Below, in pieces: positions 29,179-39,812 of a DNA stretch of 64,000 bases. This DNA is from a virus (lineage: Duplodnaviria > Caudoviricetes). A program made the position numbers and the translations under genes. How positions within the stretch are numbered: position 1 is the first letter of the stretch; the number at the start of each line of letters is the position of its first letter. The notes under the pieces were generated by a model, which was not told the DNA's origin, ran no database searches, and worked only from the letters and a program-made list of their open reading frames with translations. The stretch covers positions 96,001-160,000 of the IMG/VR virus record IMGVR_UViG_3300029305_003510, one strand, 5' to 3'.

Positions 29179-31537
29179 ATATACAGCAAAAGATATTCAG
29201 AGTATTAAAGACGATAGAGAAAGGGTGAGACTTAGGCCGACCATATATGTACCTTCAACGTATAAAGATGGCGCTATACACATCATTTTCGAGATTGTCG
29301 ATAACTCAATTGATGAACTTTCTATTAAAGATTCGGTCGGATCTCATCTTAATTTGACATTTGATACTAAGACTCGAGAAGTTGTTATTATTGATGATGG
29401 TCGTGGTATTCCGCATGAATCTTTGCTCGATGCATGTACAGTGCTTAATACTTCTGGCAAATTCGATAACAGTGAAACTTCTGCATACACTTATAGTGGT
29501 GGTATCAATGGATGTGGTCAGAAGTGTGCAGTTTTTCTGTCCAAATACTGTGAAGTCACCTCAATGCGTGATGGTAAAATGTTGACTTATGTATTTGAGG
29601 ATGGCTATCTCAAAGACACTATTAAGGGTAAGTCTAAAGAACATGGTACAATCAATAAGTTTACTATCGATAATAAACTGATCGAAGTAAATGATGTTAC
29701 GCCCGACGACATCCGCAATCGTCTTATCGAAAAGAGCTATTGCTTCCCTGATATTCACATGACCTTTACAGTCCTGGAGAATGGTAAGGAGATTAAGACC
29801 TATACCTATTACGGCAATACTCTTCAGGATCTGGCTAAGAAAATGAAGCCGGATACTGATATTGTACAAGTATCTGATACCAGAAAGGTTAAGACTCTTC
29901 GCAATATTACCGATGATGATATCAGTGAAGTAAAGGTTATCGTGGATGCATCGCTGGCATATAGTGAGAAAGCTCTTGACATGGATACAGATGCGATGAT
30001 CATCAGCTATGCTAACTCCATTAAAACCTATGATGGTGGACAACACGTTGAAGGTTTGAAGCTTGGTGTGATCAAATACTTCCGTGAGGTTGTAATTCCC
30101 AAGTCTTCTAAGAGAGACAAGGACCTTCCGATTATGCCAAGTGATATCACATCTGGTCTCTGTGGTGTTGTGAGTGTTAAAATCTCTAAACCGGAATTCT
30201 CCGCACAACATAAGGCACGTCTTATGAACCAGGAAGTCAAGTTTGCAGTGCGTGATGCAGTATTTGATGCGCTTTGTGATCAGAAGGGTTCTGTCACAAA
30301 TGCTATGGCGGATTTTGTTCGCAGAGTTACTCGAGGTCGTATTGCATCTAAAAAGGTTCGTAAGAAAGATGTGGATAATGCTTTCTCCACGGATCGTCCA
30401 GATAAGTATGATCCGATCATTTATAATATGAAAACCATTTCACCAGAGGTGGTTCTTGTAGAGGGTGATTCGGCGGCTGGTCTTGCTTCATCTGCGCGTG
30501 ACCCATATAACCAGGCAATCTATCCTGTGAAAAAGCCGAAGAATATTTATGACGCTAATTCTGAGTCCATTATGCATGGAGCGCGTTCTGTGTTCAATGA
30601 TCTGATGGATATCTGTGGCATCGAACCTGGTAAGAAGTGTGATCCCAGTAAGTCTACTATGCGTCATATTCTGATGCTGACCGATGGTGATGTAGATGGT
30701 GACGGTATTGCAATCAGTGTTATCTGTCTGCTGGCCAAGCACTGTAGGCCGTTGATCGATGCTGGTATGGTTGGACGAATTCTACCTCCGGCATATTCCT
30801 TTCCGACTGAAAAGGGTAAGAAGAAGTTCGTCCGTTCCAAGAGAGAGTTCTTTGATCTTATCATGAAGAAGTTCGTTAAGGAGGTAACATTAACTGTTGG
30901 TGGAAAGAATCTCACAGGGGATAAACTGTATAATTTTCTGGAGGCTAACTTCAATTATGATCAGAAGCTGGAAAAGCTTGCCAACCGGTATTGCTGTGAA
31001 CCTAAGCTGATGGAATATATCGCTTGGAAATATCATGGTAATAATAAAGATCAGAAGAGATCCTACTGGCAACAGGCATTAAAACAGTATCCCGAATTCA
31101 AGATTCTCATTGAAGACGGAGTTGTTGTTATAGACGGCGATCTTCCTGGATTTGATTATATCAATTTGGCATTTGATGAGAACTTTGATCGACATCTCCG
31201 CAAGTTCAAAGACATCCAGTCTGAGAATAGTCAGATCTATGGTTATTCGGTGAATGGTAAAGATGGATACACTCTATATGAAGTGATGCATCTGTTCCGT
31301 AAGTATATGCCGAATGGCGTCAAGAGATTCAAAGGTCTCGGCGAGCTTGAGAGCAAAGATCTGCGTGAACTTTGTATGGATCAGGAGAAGAGAACCGTTG
31401 TTATCTTCAAGTTCAAAGATTTTGAGAAAGATATGTCTAAGATCGATGTTATCATGTCTACTAAGGCAGAAGCAGCCGAAGCAAGATCTCGATTGTTAAT
31501 GTCACTCAAAATTGATGAAATGGATCTTGACACCTAA
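29168..31537 (+). CDS. gyrB: Type IIA topoisomerase subunit B (GyrB/ParE-like)
   Basis: EIVDNSIDE, DDGRGIP, EGDSA, TDGDVDG, RFKGLGE. Confidence 0.92.
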   Translation: MAREYTAKDIQSIKDDRERVRLRPTIYVPSTYKDGAIHIIFEIVDNSIDELSIKDSVGSHLNLTFDTKTREVVIIDDGRGIPHESLLDACTVLNTSGKFDNSETSAYTYSGGINGCGQKCAVFLSKYCEVTSMRDGKMLTYVFEDGYLKDTIKGKSKEHGTINKFTIDNKLIEVNDVTPDDIRNRLIEKSYCFPDIHMTFTVLENGKEIKTYTYYGNTLQDLAKKMKPDTDIVQVSDTRKVKTLRNITDDDISEVKVIVDASLAYSEKALDMDTDAMIISYANSIKTYDGGQHVEGLKLGVIKYFREVVIPKSSKRDKDLPIMPSDITSGLCGVVSVKISKPEFSAQHKARLMNQEVKFAVRDAVFDALCDQKGSVTNAMADFVRRVTRGRIASKKVRKKDVDNAFSTDRPDKYDPIIYNMKTISPEVVLVEGDSAAGLASSARDPYNQAIYPVKKPKNIYDANSESIMHGARSVFNDLMDICGIEPGKKCDPSKSTMRHILMLTDGDVDGDGIAISVICLLAKHCRPLIDAGMVGRILPPAYSFPTEKGKKKFVRSKREFFDLIMKKFVKEVTLTVGGKNLTGDKLYNFLEANFNYDQKLEKLANRYCCEPKLMEYIAWKYHGNNKDQKRSYWQQALKQYPEFKILIEDGVVVIDGDLPGFDYINLAFDENFDRHLRKFKDIQSENSQIYGYSVNGKDGYTLYEVMHLFRKYMPNGVKRFKGLGELESKDLRELCMDQEKRTVVIFKFKDFEKDMSKIDVIMSTKAEAAEARSRLLMSLKIDEMDLDT

Positions 31538-31549
31538 AGGAGAAAGAAA

Positions 31550-32005
31550 ATGTCTACTGAACCGTTGTATGAATTATCTGGTATGTCTCAGCAAGAATTT
31601 CAGTATCGGATAGCTGAAGGAATCGCATCGACAGAACCGAAATATGATCCTGACGCTTATGAAGAATATCTTAAGCTTGCTGTACCTGGATATAGAGACA
31701 AATTTATGGAAGACTACCAACCCGGTTCAAGATATGTAGGAGATGCACCAGTGCGTATGGATGTTATCAACTTTATTGCAGATATGCTATATAATACTGG
31801 TGCAGATCCAATTTCAGTTCATAGGCTCTTCAAGTGTGGATACTGTTATCATTTTGCAGTAATTCTTGAACATGAGTTTGGCGGGCGAATCTATTGGGTT
31901 AGAAACTGTGGCCACATGGTATGGGTTGATGAGAACAATCTTGCTTATGACATTGAAGGTTACAGAAACGATTTAGATATTGATGAACATCTAGCCACTA
32001 TTTAA
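31550..32005 (+). CDS. Hypothetical protein, possibly prematurely terminated
   Basis: F..GYCYHFA..L...YDIEG pattern; the frame stays open after the TAA until TGA at ~32086. Confidence 0.7.
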   Translation: MSTEPLYELSGMSQQEFQYRIAEGIASTEPKYDPDAYEEYLKLAVPGYRDKFMEDYQPGSRYVGDAPVRMDVINFIADMLYNTGADPISVHRLFKCGYCYHFAVILEHEFGGRIYWVRNCGHMVWVDENNLAYDIEGYRNDLDIDEHLATI

Positions 32006-32121
32006 GAGCTGGAGCTTATTGGTGGTACAGATATTAAGAGAAATCTTGAATCATTCCGTCATCGGTATTTAGATCTTAAACCATGAAGAAAAATATTATA
32101 CAATAGGAGGTGCAACAGATA

Positions 32122-32502
32122 ATGGCAAATAAAGTATTATCTACTGTACGAGGAGGACAGCTGACCGAGATCATCATTTCAGTCGATGGTCCGAATGAAG
32201 TGAAGATATACAGAGATCTGATGAAGATGGATATGCCAAAGTGTCCTCACTGTGGTAAAGATCTCTATCCCAATCCAGAAGATTGTGGGTTCACTGTAAG
32301 CAATCCTCTGGCATCTACGTTTGGTATGGAACTCGGTGTTCCCAAGACCAAGTGTCAGGTTTGTGGTAAAGAAATTATCGATGATACCACACTGGACCTG
32401 GACGCATTCCCCAGTATTGTGAATTATCTGAAAGGACTGCGGACTGAGTACCAGCGTAGAGTGAAAGCTGCACAGCAGAAGAATAGGGGGAAGACTCAGT
32501 GA
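32122..32502 (+). CDS. Zn-ribbon hypothetical protein
   Basis: CPHC and CQVC motifs; SD AGGAGG. Confidence 0.7.
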   Translation: MANKVLSTVRGGQLTEIIISVDGPNEVKIYRDLMKMDMPKCPHCGKDLYPNPEDCGFTVSNPLASTFGMELGVPKTKCQVCGKEIIDDTTLDLDAFPSIVNYLKGLRTEYQRRVKAAQQKNRGKTQ

Positions 32503-35090
32503 GCAAAAAGAACAAGAATTCTGGGGAGTTCTTGTCTCTGAAACCTATCCCTGGTGGACCTTTCGATGCTTATCTGAGAAAGAAGAAAACGGCGACAGAG
32601 AAACTTCCCAAAGACTCCAATGTTTATCTATATGACATGGTTGACATCTATGGCAGCGATGAGATTGTCAATATGTCTGAGATTGGTATTGGTGACTATG
32701 CCTACGGTAAGGGTATTATTCATGCAATGAATATGAACGTCGGTCGAAATATTCCCTGGATCGAAGATGGTCTGAAATCCGTTGAACGACGTGTACTGTT
32801 TATCATGTGGAGAGATAAGCTATGGGGTAAACGAAATACCAAGGTTGCGAGTATCGTTGGTAATATGATCAACCTAGTGTATCCTCACGGCGATCAAGCT
32901 CCTGCGGATACGATCTTCCGTCTTGGTAGATCGAAGAGTATGATGCTCCCCTATATCCAGGAACTTAGTAATTATGGTAACATGAAGGATCTTAAACCCG
33001 CCGCATCAAGATATGCAGATGCTAGTCTCTCTGACTATGCATATGATTGCTTCTTTAGTGAGATTGGTCCTAAACGTCCTCTGTACGATGAAAAGGATAC
33101 CTATGCATATGCGGGCAAGGAGCCGATTTACCTGACTAGTAGATATCCGAATATTCTAATGCAGTGGAATCTTGGTATTGGTAAGGGTGCAATGTCCTGG
33201 CTTGGTGCATTCAATAGCACCGATATTTTCAAGACTGCGCTGATTCTGATGGATGATCCTCGAGCAAAAATTGAAATCTATCCTGACACTCCAGTTCCTG
33301 TTGAGATTGTGAACAAGAGTGAATTGAAGAAGTGTTTCGATGAGGTATCTTTCAAGGTCAAGATGCGTGCACCGTATTATACAGAAACCGATCAGCGCAT
33401 GAATGGTACTAAGGTAGAAGATAAGTATACCATCGTATTCACCGCACTTCCTCTGGGCGTCACTGGTAATCAGATCTCTGATGAGATTACAAAGATCAAG
33501 ATGGAAGAAGCAAAGAAGAACAACAAGCGTCTTCCTGAGGTAGTTAACTGTGAGGTAATTGCTGAAGATGACACCCCTGGTGGTGTAAAGGTTATCATTG
33601 AGTATGTACGTGGATATGATCCCCATGTACTTGCTGAGAAACTTTACAAGTCCACATCTTTGGCAAAGACTGTCGGAGTAAAATATAATCTAATTTTTGA
33701 TAATCAGCCTGGTGTAAGAACACCTCGTGAAATCTTACTCCTATGGATTAATCAGAGATATGATCAGAAACGTCGATATTATCATCAGCTGGTATTGACT
33801 GCAGCAAGAGATCGTGCGATCTATGAAGCTCTTGCCACAATCCTTGGATCTAAAGATGCGATGGATAAAGCTATCAATATCATCCGGAACTCTGCGAACG
33901 ATGAAGAGCGTATTGCAAATCTTCGTAAAGCGTTTGACTTCACCGAGCTTCAGGCTAAGGCTATCGGCGATATGCGCCTGAAGAATCTCCAGAAGCTGGA
34001 TGTCAAGGAGACGATTGCAAAACGCGACCAGGCGATTGCTGACTATAAGCATTATCGTAAACTGCTTGGTGACGATGGTGCTATTAAGGAAGCAGTGCGA
34101 AAAGAGCTTGAAGAAGGTATGAAGAAATATGGACGTCCCAGGATGTCCAAGCTAAAGAATCTGAAGGGTGGTACAATCGGTGAACCGAATGAAGTTAAGT
34201 ATATTCTATATAACAACGACTTCTACTATTGCTTTACCGAAGTTGAGCAGTTGAAGACTATTTGGCCCAAGATTGATAACAAGTACAAGATGGTCCAGGT
34301 TAAGAACGGTGATAATGTTCTTGTCTTTGATAGCAATGGTATCCTGAAGATTCTGAACGGTTATGCTTTTAATCCCAATGATACTGGTATCAGTATGGTG
34401 ACGATTGGAGCCAGCGATGTCATTAGTATCATGACTGATACGCCCGGTAAGGGCTATGACAATGTAGTCATGGTAACTGAGCAGGGGTATGGCAAGCAGA
34501 TGGAGTTGACCGAGGTGACAAAGTCTGTGAAGAGTCGTATTATCAACCTGAACACTAGTGACAAGCTCGCCGCAGTTATCCCTGTTAAAGGCGAGTGTCA
34601 TCCTGATTCCATCGTTGGTATGATCTGCGAGGATAAGATGTACTATCTCCGAGTTGAGGATTTTCCTGTCTATAAGAGAACCTCTGCCGGTAATCGTATG
34701 ATTAAGAATGTTGATAACCTGAAGATCGCGCATGCAATCTACTTCGATGCCACAGAGAATGCAGACTATATGCTGATCTATGGTGAATCTGGTTACATGA
34801 AGCTGCTCGATACGACGTTCCTGTCGTTTGCTAAGCGGGGTAATAATACGATCTCTCTGCAGGGTAAACGAATCGTCGGCGCAACGCTGCTTCATACTGC
34901 CGAAGACTATGTGGATCTCTACTTTGGTGCTGAGCCGTGTAGGATGGAGATTCGCGTACAGATCGGTAAGATGGTCAAGTTCAGCAATGTGACCACTGGT
35001 GAGGAGCAGAAGTTCAAGATGTCTACTTCTATCGGTACGCCTGTGAAGGTGCTGAAGCTGAATAAGTATGACTGGTATATGATCCAGTAA
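32499..35090 (+). CDS. gyrA: Type IIA topoisomerase subunit A (GyrA/ParC-like)
   Basis: DGLKSVERR, YPHGD, AASRY catalytic Tyr, C-terminal pinwheel-like repeats. Confidence 0.92.
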   Translation: MSKKNKNSGEFLSLKPIPGGPFDAYLRKKKTATEKLPKDSNVYLYDMVDIYGSDEIVNMSEIGIGDYAYGKGIIHAMNMNVGRNIPWIEDGLKSVERRVLFIMWRDKLWGKRNTKVASIVGNMINLVYPHGDQAPADTIFRLGRSKSMMLPYIQELSNYGNMKDLKPAASRYADASLSDYAYDCFFSEIGPKRPLYDEKDTYAYAGKEPIYLTSRYPNILMQWNLGIGKGAMSWLGAFNSTDIFKTALILMDDPRAKIEIYPDTPVPVEIVNKSELKKCFDEVSFKVKMRAPYYTETDQRMNGTKVEDKYTIVFTALPLGVTGNQISDEITKIKMEEAKKNNKRLPEVVNCEVIAEDDTPGGVKVIIEYVRGYDPHVLAEKLYKSTSLAKTVGVKYNLIFDNQPGVRTPREILLLWINQRYDQKRRYYHQLVLTAARDRAIYEALATILGSKDAMDKAINIIRNSANDEERIANLRKAFDFTELQAKAIGDMRLKNLQKLDVKETIAKRDQAIADYKHYRKLLGDDGAIKEAVRKELEEGMKKYGRPRMSKLKNLKGGTIGEPNEVKYILYNNDFYYCFTEVEQLKTIWPKIDNKYKMVQVKNGDNVLVFDSNGILKILNGYAFNPNDTGISMVTIGASDVISIMTDTPGKGYDNVVMVTEQGYGKQMELTEVTKSVKSRIINLNTSDKLAAVIPVKGECHPDSIVGMICEDKMYYLRVEDFPVYKRTSAGNRMIKNVDNLKIAHAIYFDATENADYMLIYGESGYMKLLDTTFLSFAKRGNNTISLQGKRIVGATLLHTAEDYVDLYFGAEPCRMEIRVQIGKMVKFSNVTTGEEQKFKMSTSIGTPVKVLKLNKYDWYMIQ

Positions 35091-35097
35091 AACAAAT

Positions 35098-35142
35098 AAG
35101 GTGGACCGGGGTTTTGTATGACTCCGGTCCACTTTCTATTTT
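35098..35142 (+). terminator. Intrinsic terminator
   Basis: GTGGACCGG..CCGGTCCAC TTTCTATTTT. Confidence 0.75.
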
Positions 35143-35156
35143 AATAGGAGGATTAT

Positions 35157-35783
35157 ATGAATCTGCAAGAATTACACAAGATGTCTATGGATGCCTATAA
35201 CACCAAGGCTGTTGAGTTCATGGAAAATGCCAAGAAGACTCTGTTCGATGATAAGAAGGGCGTTGGTTCTGTCTCGGATGGATATCATACCTTCGATGAA
35301 CTTTACAATCATAGAGCAACTGAGTTCGCTGTTATCTGCAGAGCTTATCCATACCTGGCATGGAAGTCGTTGCAGCATGATGACCCTGAGTTTCCGATGT
35401 ATGATGGGATGTTCATTGTTGGTATCAAAACGCCGATGGGTCAGGCTACCTATCACTATGACATTGATCCCTGGTGGGATGTATTCTCTGGGATAGAAAT
35501 ATTGGAACAAGCTCCTGAATATGATGGATATACGCCGAATGATGTCATTGAACGGCTGAAGAGTCTGTCCGATAGTAATGGTTGGTTGCCGGTAGGAGAT
35601 ATGTCTGATATCCCTTATTTTCAGGGAATTCTAGTATATTGCCCGGAAAGAAATAATAAGTATATGGTATATCGGAATGCTCGAGATGAGTGGCGTATCT
35701 GGGATGAAAGCGCGGGTGGTCATAGTGCTCTCACCGAACAGATAACGCATTGGAAGCCTCTTGGTTTATCTCCCGGAAAGTAA
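35157..35783 (+). CDS. Conserved-looking phage protein with DUF551-like C-terminus
   Basis: SDGYHTFDELY.HR domain plus W.PV...ITHWKPL. Confidence 0.75.
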   Translation: MNLQELHKMSMDAYNTKAVEFMENAKKTLFDDKKGVGSVSDGYHTFDELYNHRATEFAVICRAYPYLAWKSLQHDDPEFPMYDGMFIVGIKTPMGQATYHYDIDPWWDVFSGIEILEQAPEYDGYTPNDVIERLKSLSDSNGWLPVGDMSDIPYFQGILVYCPERNNKYMVYRNARDEWRIWDESAGGHSALTEQITHWKPLGLSPGK

Positions 35784-35828
35784 GTATATACTATATCAGT
35801 GAATCTAAAGAAAGGAGGTACCATAATA

Positions 35829-36182
35829 ATGGGTACGTCTCGTATGTTACCATCGGAAATCAATCAGCTTGCTGATAGTTTCCGAGATATGGTAAGTCGA
35901 CTTGGCGCAACACCAAACCATATGAAAGCGATTGAATTCGCATATCTTTGTCTCATGCATAGAGACCGCGCTTGGAAGTCCAAGCGTACTGAAGAAACAT
36001 CCATACCCGTCGGGATGTTCGAAGTTGGAATCAATACTCCCGGCGGTACAGTCGTAAACCAGTTTCAAGTGGAGCTTTACTGGGACCTCTTTATGGTCAC
36101 TGAAATCGAACAAGCTCCAATTCACGATCAACCTACGTCGAGTCAGATCAGTGAACGGCTCGATACATTATTAGGAGTATAA
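35829..36182 (+). CDS. Diverged paralogue of the upstream gene's N-terminal domain
   Basis: AWKS, GMF.VGI.TP.G, WD.F, EQAP and ERL are collinear in both proteins. Confidence 0.75.
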   Translation: MGTSRMLPSEINQLADSFRDMVSRLGATPNHMKAIEFAYLCLMHRDRAWKSKRTEETSIPVGMFEVGINTPGGTVVNQFQVELYWDLFMVTEIEQAPIHDQPTSSQISERLDTLLGV

Positions 36183-36186
36183 GACT

Positions 36187-36444
36187 ATGGACAACAAAAG
36201 TTTCACCGATTTACATGATTCGGATAATTGGACAATTTCAATCCTGGTCCGAGATATCAATGGTAAACGCAGATCTATTGTATATGCATCTCGCGAAGAT
36301 CTTCTGCGTGATGCTGCCGATATGATCACTGAAGAAGATGAGCTCCTCATGGTTATGTGGGGTGAAATCATGCTTTACAATGCCTTAGTAACCGACCCAG
36401 AAATGGCCATTATGATTGACGATCTGATCGGTTTCTTTGGATAA
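36187..36444 (+). CDS. Hypothetical protein
   Basis: SD AGGAG, 85 aa. Confidence 0.65.
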   Translation: MDNKSFTDLHDSDNWTISILVRDINGKRRSIVYASREDLLRDAADMITEEDELLMVMWGEIMLYNALVTDPEMAIMIDDLIGFFG

Positions 36445-36466
36445 TAATGACAGGAGGATATGTACA

Positions 36467-37672
36467 ATGAGCGCTAACTACACCAAATGCCATGTGATTG
36501 CCGGTTTCCCCGGCATCGGCAAGACCACAGTCGCAAAGAAGTTTGAGGAGTCTAAGAACTCGAACTTCATATTCCTGGACTTCGATAGTGCAGTCTTTAA
36601 GCATAACGTAAATTATGCTGATCTAAAGGAGTTCAATATCAACACCGGCAAGTTTGAAACTGTTAGCTCTGAACACTATGCTTATGTGAAGGCAATCAAG
36701 GACATCATGGATGGCTATGAGCGTGGTGCAAAAGATAATGATAAAGCTCCTAAGCTGTTCATTATGTGCAGTACCCATACTGAAGTGCGGAGACTCCTGG
36801 ATAAGTTCGAAATTCCGCATACAATTGTAATCCCTGGCGGCTCCATAACTGCATATAGAACTTATGTCAACCGTCTTACTGCTCGTTATGAGGCTTCTTT
36901 GGAGACTGATGATGTTGCACTTCAGGAAGCAAATAAGAGAGCACTGGATGCAGTTGAGAAGAACTACTACAAGTTCATTGCTGAGATCAAGGATAATCCG
37001 ATCAGCAAGTATGCTCAGTTGGTTGTACTTGCTGACAATGAGACTCTGAGTGATTATGTTCACTCTACCGTTACCGGCAGTGTTCTCAGCTGCATGTTCA
37101 ATGCCGTTGGTATCCCGCATGTAACCAACCATGATGTTCAGAAGGCGCTTCTGGAACGTGATGATGCTCTTCACACTACCATGGGCCAGCATGGCGAGGT
37201 TATCTTCTGGAGCGATCCTGTTCCTGGTGATATCATAGACATGCCTGAAGTCAACGCAATCGTTTATAGCCTTAATAAAATCCTCGGTAAGCAGTCTGTC
37301 AACAGCGCCTTTGCCGGTTGTCCCTATGTCATGATCAGCAAGGAGACAGCCCAAGGTGTTATTGACTGCTGCAATTTGGCTATCTCTAAGCTCGAGTCTG
37401 GTGCTCGTGAGGACAACGATGTTGAGGTCTTTGGTGATCTCGCTCTACATTACGAGAGACTGATCGATGCTGTCGATGGCTTTAGCTATCTCCACTGGCA
37501 CGCAAAGCGCCAGAAAGAGGAAGCGGCCAAGAAAAATAAAGAGGATAAGGCGAATCTCAAGATAGTCGGTAAAGATGGTTCTCTCGGTATCGTCAACAAA
37601 AAATCATCTATCGATCCGTCTACCATCTATACAGCGAAGGATACCAATGAGTACAAAAGTGAACAATCCTAA
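36467..37672 (+). CDS. P-loop NTPase/kinase-like protein
   Basis: VIAGFPGIGKTT Walker A followed by LDFDS. Confidence 0.7.
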   Translation: MSANYTKCHVIAGFPGIGKTTVAKKFEESKNSNFIFLDFDSAVFKHNVNYADLKEFNINTGKFETVSSEHYAYVKAIKDIMDGYERGAKDNDKAPKLFIMCSTHTEVRRLLDKFEIPHTIVIPGGSITAYRTYVNRLTARYEASLETDDVALQEANKRALDAVEKNYYKFIAEIKDNPISKYAQLVVLADNETLSDYVHSTVTGSVLSCMFNAVGIPHVTNHDVQKALLERDDALHTTMGQHGEVIFWSDPVPGDIIDMPEVNAIVYSLNKILGKQSVNSAFAGCPYVMISKETAQGVIDCCNLAISKLESGAREDNDVEVFGDLALHYERLIDAVDGFSYLHWHAKRQKEEAAKKNKEDKANLKIVGKDGSLGIVNKKSSIDPSTIYTAKDTNEYKSEQS

Positions 37673-38144
37673 GATTTGCACATCATATTTCTACCAAGTT
37701 CGATTCTTTACACCAAATATGCTTCCGATGAGTACGGCTATGTGGGATCCGAAATGGTATCATGATGGTAAAGATCAACTCCATGTCTTTAGGGATAAAC
37801 GTGGTATTATCAATGGTGTTCGTATGCCAGCTTTTGTTCCTGGAGATGAATGTCACAGGCTATGTTCTGGTCCTGATGGATGTAATGAGAAGAATGGTAA
37901 TGAACCGTGTCGATTCCTTAAAGCTTATCGGGATCAGTTGGATAGTCTTGACTTCAAGAAAGTCATGAAACATCTGAAACAGCATGCAGCACCTGTAATC
38001 AAAGCTGATCCACAGATCATTGTATTGCTGTTTCATGAAAAACCAGATAATCCTTGCAGTGAACGTGGTATAGTACAGGAGTGGTTCAAAGATCATGGGG
38101 TTAAAGTTGAAGAGCTGAAATACCCTATAAAAGACCACTACTAA
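37647..38144 (+). CDS. DUF488-like protein
   Basis: ICTSYF...Y..QL..LD...LLFHEKP...CSER pattern. Confidence 0.55.
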   Translation: MSTKVNNPKICTSYFYQVRFFTPNMLPMSTAMWDPKWYHDGKDQLHVFRDKRGIINGVRMPAFVPGDECHRLCSGPDGCNEKNGNEPCRFLKAYRDQLDSLDFKKVMKHLKQHAAPVIKADPQIIVLLFHEKPDNPCSERGIVQEWFKDHGVKVEELKYPIKDHY

Positions 38145-38239
38145 AATTTCCGATTTGAGAGAACTTCTAAGTATATACTATAATTGTGAAGTGAAGATAT
38201 CAATCGCTTCAAATTATAGATAGAAAGGAGTTCTTAACG

Positions 38240-38428
38240 GTGTCGAGAGAACTCAAGAAACTGCAGAAAAAATCTATGCGGAAGATCGAGGAAGCAAAGC
38301 AGATCTGCAAAGCTAACAATGAAACCGTAGGTATCTGTGTCGATGAAATCGTCAAATCACAGGAAGCGTTCGATAAGTGGTTCTTCGAGAATGCGTTCAA
38401 CCCGGACGCGCCTTCTCTCATACTGTGA
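38240..38428 (+). CDS. Small hypothetical protein
   Basis: SD AAAGGAG, early-type promoter at 38172. Confidence 0.6.
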   Translation: MSRELKKLQKKSMRKIEEAKQICKANNETVGICVDEIVKSQEAFDKWFFENAFNPDAPSLIL

Positions 38429-38518
38429 GGTATAATTATGGATCACGAAATCGTATGTATTCCTGAAGATTCTGATGATAATTCGTCTGAGGATGAGTAG
38501 TAGCCATCCACTATAAAA

Positions 38519-38561
38519 GGGGCTGCCAGGGAACTTTCCTTGGCAGTTCTTTTTCTATTTT
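38519..38561 (+). terminator. Intrinsic terminator
   Basis: GGGCTGCCAGGGA..TCCTTGGCAGTTC plus T-tract. Confidence 0.75.
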
Positions 38562-38602
38562 GACATCACTATAATTATTATGTAACAGGTGGTGATGTAA
38601 CA

Positions 38603-39754
38603 ATGCTCAAAGATAAATTCGGTCCTATCATCACCAAGAATCTCACCCCTACTGCGATAAAAACGCTGGAGAAAAAGATTATTGAGTATGTGGACCGGAA
38701 TTCGGAAGTATTGATGACTCTTGATTTGAGTCGCAGATATTCTTTCGGTGATACTGATCGCCAGGTTCTCTATGATGGATTGGGAGTTTCTTTACCGGAG
38801 TTAGAAGAAGAGATCAAGAATAGTAAATCTATATATTCTGGTAATAAAGTTCAATCTAACCCGTTCTATCTCGCGTCAATTTTGGCTGCTTCTTTTTTCC
38901 TTTCTAAGAAGGATAGTAAGATGGCATCTATGATTATTACGTATATGTCTTTAATGATGTGGACGTCTCTTCATAAGGGTTTCTTTAAATATGAAGCTAA
39001 TAAACAGGTCATGGACTATACGATTGCTCATCTGAATAATACATTCAGTATTCGTCAGTTTCCTTCATTATTTGCTTTTATTCAGGATAATACAGACACG
39101 GTGCTGGATACTTATAAGAGCAGGATTGTAAAATGTGAAGATTCTGATATGACTTGGGTCATAGATGCTCTTTGGACTCGGTTAAAAGGCAAGATGAAAA
39201 AGATTTCTGCCGAGTTCTATAAAAATCATACTTCTGGTAAATACCTTAATTCGGATGAAGACAGTGTCGATGCAGATAATTTTCACGAGATCGATAATAT
39301 CTCATTTGCAATCGATCGTCTGACGAACAAAGTGTATATTAAGCTGCTCAATCGGCAATATGATAAACGGTTTCTGAAGTATAGTATCAATTCAGCTGAT
39401 ACATCTTATCAGAAGCTGCTCAATCTGGTCGAAGATATTATCGATTCAGATGGAGACTCCAAGACATTAAGACCCCTAATCAGTGCGATGATTGAGTTCT
39501 ATGTCCAGCAGTCTGGTAAACCGATTGAGTACGTTGCTAAAGGCGACTTTATCGCCTTTATGAAAACTGCATACTCTTCCAACACCGATGCTGTCCAGAT
39601 GGACACAATCAAGAGGACGATTGATACATGGCTTTCCGAGAATATGATGAAGTATGGAAAAGCGAAATACGGTAAGACTCTACAGATTCAATACCGTAGA
39701 TGCTTGTACATGTTCTTCGTATTTATGATCAACCATGAAGCAAAAGTCCAATAG
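38603..39754 (+). CDS. Hypothetical late protein
   Basis: 383-aa helical ORF after GACATCACTATA; upstream of the divergent RNAP fragment. Confidence 0.75.
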   Translation: MLKDKFGPIITKNLTPTAIKTLEKKIIEYVDRNSEVLMTLDLSRRYSFGDTDRQVLYDGLGVSLPELEEEIKNSKSIYSGNKVQSNPFYLASILAASFFLSKKDSKMASMIITYMSLMMWTSLHKGFFKYEANKQVMDYTIAHLNNTFSIRQFPSLFAFIQDNTDTVLDTYKSRIVKCEDSDMTWVIDALWTRLKGKMKKISAEFYKNHTSGKYLNSDEDSVDADNFHEIDNISFAIDRLTNKVYIKLLNRQYDKRFLKYSINSADTSYQKLLNLVEDIIDSDGDSKTLRPLISAMIEFYVQQSGKPIEYVAKGDFIAFMKTAYSSNTDAVQMDTIKRTIDTWLSENMMKYGKAKYGKTLQIQYRRCLYMFFVFMINHEAKVQ

Positions 39755-39812
39755 TGATGCTGCTAGAGTATGGATCCTATAAATTTAAATGGTAAAGAAA
39801 GGAGCATTCACT

